Origin: Anatilimnocola sp.
GTDB taxonomy: Bacteria; Planctomycetota; Planctomycetia; Pirellulales; Pirellulaceae
Direction: 5' to 3'
Assembly: GCA_031394445.1 (NCBI GenBank)
Contig: JANNTN010000590.1
Span: 1-25,030 of the forward strand
DNA: 25,030 nt
The position numbers and the translations under genes were made by a program. Position 1 is the first letter of the stretch; the number at the start of each line of letters is the position of its first letter. Shown here in pieces: positions 10,571-16,798 of the stretch. The notes under the pieces were generated by a model that had not been told where the DNA came from, searched no databases, and was given only the letters and a program-made list of their open reading frames with translations.

Positions 10571-10743
10571 GCGAATGTTCCAGGCGGTGAGGGGGCGTTT
10601 ACTGGGCGGGACAGGAAGAAAAGTAGGGGAAACTCTTGCTTCTGCCGCGTGGCCGGTTATTTTAATCGCTTAAGCAGGTATTCCCACAGTTTTCCTGAAC
10701 CCATCGAAGCGAAGGCTTCGTGGAAGATAACGCGGAGGATAAC

Positions 10744-11115
10744 ATGGAGTACAAGGTCAAACTAGCAAGCCTTCCCGCGAGAGTGGCGTTTAGTGAACGG
10801 CTACACGAGCGTTGTAGTTACAACGCGGAGCGTGGCGAGTTGAGCTTTCGCGGGTTCATGACCAAGTGCGCGTACGACGAGATTTCCGCGCTCTCTGACG
10901 ACTTGGATTATCACCGGGCCATTGAACAGTTGTTTGTGATGACCTCGGCGGAGATCGCGCCGCCGCCGCGAAGTTTTCCCCTGGCGGCAGCGCTGGCGAT
11001 GGCGGTAGCGGCCGTGGTTTTGGTCGCGGCGATTATTATTGGTGTGTGGCGGCACGGGAGCAGCGAGCCACCGGTCAGCGCTCCGGCGAATGCCACAGTC
11101 TCGACGGGATCGTAG
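10744..11115 (+). CDS. hypothetical membrane-anchored protein
   Basis: ATG at 10744 has GGAGGA at 10734-10739. A hydrophobic helix (LAAALAMAVAAVVLVAAIIIGVW) lies near the C-terminus. The GTG at 10720 in the track overlaps a hairpin and is less likely to be the start. Confidence 0.5.
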   Translation: MEYKVKLASLPARVAFSERLHERCSYNAERGELSFRGFMTKCAYDEISALSDDLDYHRAIEQLFVMTSAEIAPPPRSFPLAAALAMAVAAVVLVAAIIIGVWRHGSSEPPVSAPANATVSTGS

Positions 11116-11234
11116 GTTTTCGCGGCTGTAATGCCGGGTTTGCGCCGTGACGGGTGGCTTTACAATCTTAGGGGTTGAATGTTTCAACCCCGGCGACGGC
11201 TGGTTGCGCGTCGCATCAATCAAGGAGTTCTTTC

Positions 11235-11708
11235 ATGTTGGTACGGATGCTGGCGGCAGCGGTGTTTTCGCTCTCCCTTTTTCTTTCAGGAATGACAATC
11301 ATGGCTGATGACAATGTGCCCCTGCCCAAGCTGCCCGAAGGCGCGGGCAAGACGGATGCGGACGCGCCGAAGACGTTCACCAAGACAGCGTCGGGGTTGC
11401 AGTATCGGGTTTTGCGAAACGGTGCTGGCAAGAAGCCGACGGCAGCGAATCGTGTGAAGGTCAACTATCACGGCTGGCTCGATAGCGGCAAGGTTTTCGA
11501 CAGCTCGTATCAGCGGAATGAGCCGATCGCGTTTGGCTTGAATCAAGTAATCAAGGGCTGGACCGAAGGCATGCAACTCGTCGGCGAAGGCGGAATGATC
11601 GAGTTGCAGATTCCCTCGAACCTTGGTTACGGTGCCGGCGGCGCAGGCAGCGACATCCCGCCGAATGCAACGCTGCACTTTTTGGTTGAGCTCTTGCAAG
11701 TGCAGTAA
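11235..11708 (+). CDS. FKBP-type peptidyl-prolyl cis-trans isomerase, secreted
   Basis: AAGGAG at 11222-11227 precedes the ATG at 11235. Signal-like MLVRMLAAAVFSLSLFLSG. FKBP core: VKVNYHGWLDSGKVFDSSY...FGLNQVIKGWTEGMQLV...IPSNLGYG...IPPNATLHFLVELL. Confidence 0.9.
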   Translation: MLVRMLAAAVFSLSLFLSGMTIMADDNVPLPKLPEGAGKTDADAPKTFTKTASGLQYRVLRNGAGKKPTAANRVKVNYHGWLDSGKVFDSSYQRNEPIAFGLNQVIKGWTEGMQLVGEGGMIELQIPSNLGYGAGGAGSDIPPNATLHFLVELLQVQ

Positions 11709-11749
11709 ACGAGGAGTGCGTTAGTGAGTGGTGAGTAGTAGAGTGGCGG

Positions 11750-13177
11750 TTACGCAAATAAATCGCGGACCGCCCTGCCCTTTCCATCCTCGGTGGCATA
11801 GAAGGGCCGGCGTTCAACATCAAACGCGGTGGCGGGATTGATCCCCATCGCGGTGAACATGGTAGCGTGCAGGTCCATCACGGAAACGGGATTTTTCACT
11901 GCGACGAAGGGCCGTTCGGCTGCGGTTTCGCCGTAGAGCAGGCCGCGTTTCATGCCGCCGCCGAAGAGCAGCACCGATGAACCGCCGGTGAAGTGACGGT
12001 GCAGGCCGTAGTGCTTCAGTTCTTGGAGCGTATCGACTTTGAAGGTCGTCTGGTCCTTGGCTTCGGAGCCCGGGACGCCTTCGATAATCATGTCGCGGCT
12101 GAATTCGCTGGCGAGGACGACGAGCGTGCGATCGAGGAGGCCGCGGGCTTCCAGGTCGAGGATGAGTTGTGCGATCGGCCGGTCGATTTCTTTGTGCAGC
12201 CGATCGACCGTTTCGTGGCCGCTGGCGTGAGTGTCCCAGTGGATGAACGGGATGTATTCGGTCGTGACTTCGATGTAACGCGCCCCGGCTTCGACGAGGC
12301 GGCGTGCCAGCAGGCACCCCTGACCGAAACGGCCAGTGTTGTATTTCTCAAAACTCTCCTTAGGCTCCAGCGTGATGTCGAAAGCGTCACGCTCCTTGGC
12401 TTCGAGCAAGCGCTGGGCATTATCGAGCGAGCGGAGCATGGACTCTTGCTGGTGATCGCTCATGTATTCGCGATGCGGCGAGCGATCAACGAGTTGCTTG
12501 AAGAACTTGTATCGATTCGCAAAGCGGCCAGGCTGCATTCCCGGCGGCGGGCGGACCGCTTTGGCGGCCTCGTCGGGATACGGCAAATTCATCGGGCCAA
12601 ATTCGCTGCCGAAAAAGCCGGCGGTGGTGAACGCCTTGATCTCTTCGTTCTCGCCGATACCTTCCAGCCGTTGGCCGACATTGATGAACGGCGGTATCAC
12701 CGGATTTTTCGGCCCCAGCACGCGGGCCATCCACGCGCCGACATGCGGGCAGGCGACGGTCTGCGGCGGCACGTATCCCGTGTGCCAATGATACTGATGC
12801 CGCGAGTGCAAAATGTGCCCCAGGTCTGGCAGCACATGCGAGCGAACAAGCGTCGCCCGGTCCATGACGCTCGCGATGTTTTCCAGGCCCGACGCGATCT
12901 TGATGTTATCGACAGCCGTGTTGATCGCCGGAAACGTGCTCGCCACCTGCTCCACCGGCAGCCCCACCTCAAACGGCATGTACTTCTTCGGGTCAAGATT
13001 ATCCGGTGCAGCCATGCCGCCCGCCATCCACAGCACAATCACCGAATCCGCCGTCGGTTTGGGCTGCACAATCTTCCCGCCCGCTTCGTTAGCCGCAATC
13101 AAACGCGGCTCGCCCGCCATCCACGCAGCGGTGGAGGCGGCAGCGATCGATTTCAAGTATTCGCGGCGGGAGAGCAT
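11750..13177 (-). CDS. DUF1501 domain protein (sulfatase-fold, TAT signal), the usual downstream partner of PSCyt/DUF1549/DUF1553 proteins
   Basis: N-terminus MLSRREYLKSIAAASTAAWMAG. The product is about 475 aa. Motifs VLWMAGGMA, HWDTH and VVLASEFSR are typical of the family. Confidence 0.85.
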   Translation of the reverse strand: MLSRREYLKSIAAASTAAWMAGEPRLIAANEAGGKIVQPKPTADSVIVLWMAGGMAAPDNLDPKKYMPFEVGLPVEQVASTFPAINTAVDNIKIASGLENIASVMDRATLVRSHVLPDLGHILHSRHQYHWHTGYVPPQTVACPHVGAWMARVLGPKNPVIPPFINVGQRLEGIGENEEIKAFTTAGFFGSEFGPMNLPYPDEAAKAVRPPPGMQPGRFANRYKFFKQLVDRSPHREYMSDHQQESMLRSLDNAQRLLEAKERDAFDITLEPKESFEKYNTGRFGQGCLLARRLVEAGARYIEVTTEYIPFIHWDTHASGHETVDRLHKEIDRPIAQLILDLEARGLLDRTLVVLASEFSRDMIIEGVPGSEAKDQTTFKVDTLQELKHYGLHRHFTGGSSVLLFGGGMKRGLLYGETAAERPFVAVKNPVSVMDLHATMFTAMGINPATAFDVERRPFYATEDGKGRAVRDLFA

Positions 13178-13261
13178 TTCAGTTCAACATTCCGGGTTCA
13201 AAGTTCAAGATTCTGCATTCAGTTTCCGAGATGGGGGGCGGAAAGTCTAGTTGGAGGGTGG

Positions 13262-13279
13262 AATGGTGAGCTCACCATT
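13262..13279. repeat. Perfect 18-nt palindrome aatggtgagctcaccatt followed by a T-rich run
   Basis: Read directly from the sequence. It lies 85-102 nt upstream of the DUF1501 start codon, and ttcattttttc follows on the plus strand. Confidence 0.6.
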
Positions 13280-13347
13280 TTCATTTTTTCTACTACTTTT
13301 GGGTATGAGGGGTGGTGCTAAGTCGTTGGTGTGTAAGGGGCAAGTGT

Positions 13348-13395
13348 GGTGAGTGGTTGGTGAGCTTTTGGCGCTTTGTGGTGAGCTTTGGTGAG
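13348..13395 (+). repeat. GGTGAG-rich short-repeat tract (4 copies)
   Basis: GGTGAG occurs at 13348, 13359, 13380 and 13390, plus one copy inside the palindrome at 13265. Similar GTGAG tracts occur at 8617-8630 and 11723-11746. Confidence 0.6.
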
Positions 13396-13632
13396 TGTTC
13401 GGGTGCGTTGATGAAGTAGAGCGACTGCATGATGGGCGCGCAGCTTGGGCCTGGTTGGCGGAAAGCTTCGTGAATCTGTCGAGAGGCCGGGCCTCTATTA
13501 TCTCCATTGCAATTTCGCGAAAAAACCGGACGGAAAAATGGCGAATTGGCGCGGAATTTCGGAAATTTCTTGGGGGTGCCGGAACCAAGGAGGGGACCAA
13601 GAAAACACGAACGGACGGCTGTCGACAATCGC

Positions 13633-16374
13633 TCAGCGACTTGCCCCATCCGCAAAGGCGTCGATGTCCAGTTTTCCTGAGAGCAAGAAACGCAAGAAGC
13701 TTAGGTTCTTGTTCCGGCAAGTCTGAGCGATGCTGAGTAATAAGAGGTAGTCTTGAAGCCCTCTTTCGCTGAACGATGCCTGGATGATTTTCCGGCGGGA
13801 GGCGAAGGGCTTAATGGCGTTCTCCGCGTTGTTGTTGTTCCAGGGAATGCCGTCGTGATCCAGAAAGACGAATAATTTGTCCTGATACTTCAGCATCCGT
13901 TTCTGGCAGTTCTGTGCCACTCCCGACCCGAAAGCCTGCGCCGACAGATAGCTGAAAAAGCCAGCAACGTCCTCCTTATGCTTGTTGAGGTAATACTTCT
14001 TGAGGCCAAACCTGTCGATCGTGTCAATGACGGGCTTGAGGACCGCCACCAATCGATTAGCAATCTGCTTTAGTTCGTCGTCAAACGGGCTGTGGAAGAT
14101 GTCGTCATTGATGTCTCGCATCAAGTGAATGAGGCATTTCTGTTGCGGGCATTTGAGGGCATCGTAAACGGCATAGAAGTCCGAGACGAGGACACCGGTG
14201 AACTCGTCAAGCATTTCTTCCAGAATGGTCCCTTCCCGCGTCGGGGTGTACACGTAAACAACCTCTTCAAGGTTGGTAAAGGTCCAAACATAACCGGAGT
14301 GTCCCTTGACGACGCCCTTGGTTTCGTCGGCGTGAATTAGCGATCCCCGCCGAAGTTTGTCCTTCAGCCGTTGGTAGGTAGTCCGGTGTTGTTTCGCAAC
14401 CACGGGTGTGATCTGGGAGAGAACCGTGCGCTCAAAGGAGAAACCGAAGAGGTCGTTGAGACTCTGGGCAATGTCCCGCCCCGACTGACGAAGGGAAACG
14501 TGGTGATAGATTGCCCAGTTGCACAGATTCCTGCCCAGATGAAATCGTGCCTCGAGGTAGCCTGGGGCCAAGAGGGGCTTGCGGCACTGCAAGCACCTGT
14601 AGCGCGCGGAGCGGTAGTTGACAATCCACCGCTTAACGCCGGACGTGGTGAACTTCAAGTCGGCCACGACCTTACAGCACCGGCCTTTTTTTTCATTGCA
14701 GATATCTGACCCCGCACAATCTGGGCAGACCGTTGGCCCGTCAAACTCAACATCTTGGTTCGGTTTGAGGCTTTTCTTGCCGGCTTGTTTTTTCCGGCGC
14801 AGACTCGCTCGTACTGACGGCGATGTGCGAAAATAGACTTTTTCTCGCTGGTAGTCCGAATAAGCGCGCTTGTTAATTTCCATCAGTTCCGGGCAGAAGA
14901 ACTTGTTGTTGCGAAAATGACCACCTTCCAACGAATCAAGGTCCGTTGCGGCACCAACCATTGGTCCATTACCTTCCGTTTTACTTGCGGCACCATCGCA
15001 GACTGAGAGGACGAACTCCATCACGCGCCGGAGCGCCAGGCAGTCTTCCAGGTTGTAGCGAAGCAAATGCTTTTTTAAGGTTTCGTTTCTGCTTGCTTCC
15101 CAGGCCAGCCGCCAGGCCAGGCTTTGGATGCCCGAAGCGTTGGTTGCGGTCCAGGTCGCTCCCAGGAAACGTCCGATGTCTTTGAGCCCGTTTGAGCGGG
15201 TTGGGAAGTAAATGCGTGAGTAGATAGCACCCAGCACGTTGCACGAGCGGGCGCGGATGTGGTCGATAGCAGCCGCTCCCTGCTCTTCGGATAGTCGGCG
15301 CATGCGGTCGAGGAAGCGCAACTCGTACTGGCCGTAATGGTAGAGCGTGAAATCTTGGAAGCTGTTGATGACTTGGCTACAGGCGTCCCAAATCGCTTTT
15401 TCCTGAGTTCGGTCGTCAGCCCAGAAGGAATGGGGCGTCGTACAGTCGCCCTCCACGGCGACAAGGCCAATGAGATAATCGAAGTCTCGGTCGGGGACGC
15501 CCTCGATATCGAGGTAGAGGGCAACGGAGGAGCGCGGAACCGTCGGGCTGTCCAGTACATAAACCTTCTTGTCGCGGATGGCGACGGCCTGGAGGGCGAG
15601 GTCGTGTTTGCGGGCCTTTTCTGGTTTTCGCTTACCGCGCCGGCCGGGCCGGTAGGTGTAGGCGAACTGAGTGACCGTGGTGATGCCACGGCTCCTTTGC
15701 TTCTCGATTTCCTTATCCGACAGGCCACGCAACAAGCTCAGGTCGTCAGTCTGCTCCGCCAGATGCTGGCAATCGGCCCGGAACTCACAAATGTTGCAGT
15801 GCGGGTTTAGTCTCACGCGCGGCGCTGCTGCGTCCTTGGCCTGGACATCCTGAATCTTTGCCACCAATTTCCGCACGTCACCGACCAGTGGCTCGATTTT
15901 GCATTTGAGCACTCTAAAGCCGGTTCCATGAATGATCTTGCCAATGGTTGGCAACACGCCCTGAACCGAGGACAAAGCGATCGCGTTGAAAGCGAGGAGC
16001 AGCTTGTCAAACCGCGAGACTTTCTCATTCAGCGTGAAAAGAACCGGGCTATAAGCGGCACCACCACGATGAGCCGTCGTTTTCATCAATTCCAGGGCCT
16101 GGATCTGTGAAGAAATTCCATTGGCCGCGGCATTGGCGTTGATGATGACTTGGGGCCGGCACTTGAGAGTCATCTCTAACGAAGGTGGGCTCTGTACTAC
16201 GTCGTGCTCACGATACTTGGCCAGGAACGTCTCCAGAGCCTGCCGCAAATAGGCACGTTCCAGGTCATGCTGGATCGTCTCAATTTCCGCTGGTTGTCCT
16301 TGAGCACCGGATGCGCGTAGAAACGCTTTGCGATCGCAGTGAAGGAAGTTGACGAAGATGTCGTTGGTGACCAC
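13633..16374 (-). CDS. Fusion protein: TM0106/Cas4-like RecB-family nuclease module + RNase-H-fold 3'-5' exonuclease-like domain + IS66-family zinc-finger/DDE transposase
   Basis: One 913-codon ORF with a GTG start and no upstream ATG/GTG/TTG before the in-frame stop. N-terminal part: FLHCDRKAFL plus NPHCNICEFRADC (Cas4-type Cys set), LSLLRGLSDKEIEKQRSRGITTVTQFA, YLDIEGVP, LYHYGQYELRFL, RYNLEDCLAL. C-terminal part: CPDCAG...RYRCLQCRK (IS66-type zinc finger), IHADETKG, GYVWTF, VLVSDFYAVYD, QKCLIHLMRDI, WNNNNAENAIKPFASRRK. Confidence 0.75.
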   Translation of the reverse strand: MVTNDIFVNFLHCDRKAFLRASGAQGQPAEIETIQHDLERAYLRQALETFLAKYREHDVVQSPPSLEMTLKCRPQVIINANAAANGISSQIQALELMKTTAHRGGAAYSPVLFTLNEKVSRFDKLLLAFNAIALSSVQGVLPTIGKIIHGTGFRVLKCKIEPLVGDVRKLVAKIQDVQAKDAAAPRVRLNPHCNICEFRADCQHLAEQTDDLSLLRGLSDKEIEKQRSRGITTVTQFAYTYRPGRRGKRKPEKARKHDLALQAVAIRDKKVYVLDSPTVPRSSVALYLDIEGVPDRDFDYLIGLVAVEGDCTTPHSFWADDRTQEKAIWDACSQVINSFQDFTLYHYGQYELRFLDRMRRLSEEQGAAAIDHIRARSCNVLGAIYSRIYFPTRSNGLKDIGRFLGATWTATNASGIQSLAWRLAWEASRNETLKKHLLRYNLEDCLALRRVMEFVLSVCDGAASKTEGNGPMVGAATDLDSLEGGHFRNNKFFCPELMEINKRAYSDYQREKVYFRTSPSVRASLRRKKQAGKKSLKPNQDVEFDGPTVCPDCAGSDICNEKKGRCCKVVADLKFTTSGVKRWIVNYRSARYRCLQCRKPLLAPGYLEARFHLGRNLCNWAIYHHVSLRQSGRDIAQSLNDLFGFSFERTVLSQITPVVAKQHRTTYQRLKDKLRRGSLIHADETKGVVKGHSGYVWTFTNLEEVVYVYTPTREGTILEEMLDEFTGVLVSDFYAVYDALKCPQQKCLIHLMRDINDDIFHSPFDDELKQIANRLVAVLKPVIDTIDRFGLKKYYLNKHKEDVAGFFSYLSAQAFGSGVAQNCQKRMLKYQDKLFVFLDHDGIPWNNNNAENAIKPFASRRKIIQASFSERGLQDYLLLLSIAQTCRNKNLSFLRFLLSGKLDIDAFADGASR

Positions 16375-16653
16375 AAGATTTGAAATCCAAAAAAAGTGGA
16401 CGAGAAAATCTATTATGGCCTTTCGCTGACGCAGTCGCCCACGGCGGATGGGCGTTGAATGGATGGTAGAGTGGCTGCGAGTTGCATGCTCCGGACCTTT
16501 GGCTCGCTGTTGTTAACCGATTTCGCTTTCTTCGTCGTGTTCTGGCAAGAATTCCACGCCGTCGTAGATTTCGGCGAGGGGGAGTTCGATGCCGATTTCA
16601 GGCAAGCGTCTTTGCGTTGATGGCACGTCCGGGGGCCTAAAGACGCGGGCACA

Positions 16654-16772
16654 AGCCCGGCTGAAGCCGGCTGGTTGTTGTGATGGGGGATAAATCGTGG
16701 TTGATCGTAACGGCCGCACCACACCCCACCAGCTAAAGCTGGTGTCTGACAGGGGAGCCGGCTGAAGCCGGC
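16654..16772. repeat. Three short hairpins sharing a GC-TNAA-GC apex
   Basis: Hairpins are ccggc-tgaa-gccgg (16657-16670), caccagc-taaa-gctggtg (16727-16744) and gccggc-tgaa-gccggc (16757-16772). They lie directly downstream of the DUF1553 stop codon. Confidence 0.65.
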
Positions 16773-16798
16773 AGCCCGCCCATTCTCTAGTATTGCAT

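Larger units (their letters stand above)
13178..16798 (-). mobile_element. Insertion interval carrying the IS66-related nuclease-transposase gene; true element ends not defined
   Basis: A 3621-nt gap lies between DUF1553 (stop at 16799) and DUF1501 (start at 13177) on the same strand. The analogous DUF1592->DUF1552 pair in this window has a 70-nt gap. The interval contains one transposase-related gene plus 455-nt and 424-nt noncoding flanks. I found no convincing terminal inverted repeats by eye. Confidence 0.4.

Noticed and set aside
13190-13215. tRNA-like T-loop string gggttcaaag, and repeated TTGAAC motifs just upstream of the DUF1501 start.
   Set aside because: No acceptor or anticodon stems can be drawn around it. 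It is most likely ordinary leader sequence.
13228-13243. Candidate terminal inverted repeat of the inserted element: gagatggggggcgg (13228-13241) against the reverse complement of roughly 16776-16792 (gagaatgggcgg).
   Set aside because: It is a gapped match of about 12 nt. Matches of this length are expected by chance when comparing two flanks of about 450 nt, and the similarity does not extend on either side.
13262-13290. Palindrome plus T-run considered as a rho-independent terminator.
   Set aside because: The T-run follows the hairpin only on the plus strand, where there is no upstream plus-strand gene. On the minus strand the hairpin is followed by C-rich sequence. I kept it as a palindrome or repeat observation only.
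11993-13321. Long antisense ORFs in the track: 11993-13321 (+), 20488-21273 (-), 5422-6102 (+), 2847-3794 (-), 9305-9883 (+), 17232-17975 (+), 16908-17462 (-), and others.
   Set aside because: Each lies opposite to, or out of frame with, a gene that has clear family motifs. Their products are Arg/Pro/Ala-rich and low in complexity. These are typical shadow ORFs of high-GC DNA.
16513-16626. Short minus-strand reading frame ending ...LPEIGIELPLAEIYDGVEFLPEHDEESEIG*. It loosely resembles the C-terminal part of addiction-module antitoxins.
   Set aside because: It has no ATG start, only a possible GTG that gives about 37 aa. The upstream in-frame sequence is made of hairpin repeats, and the similarity is only a recollection of a short pattern. 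At best it is a gene remnant, so it is not supportable as a feature.
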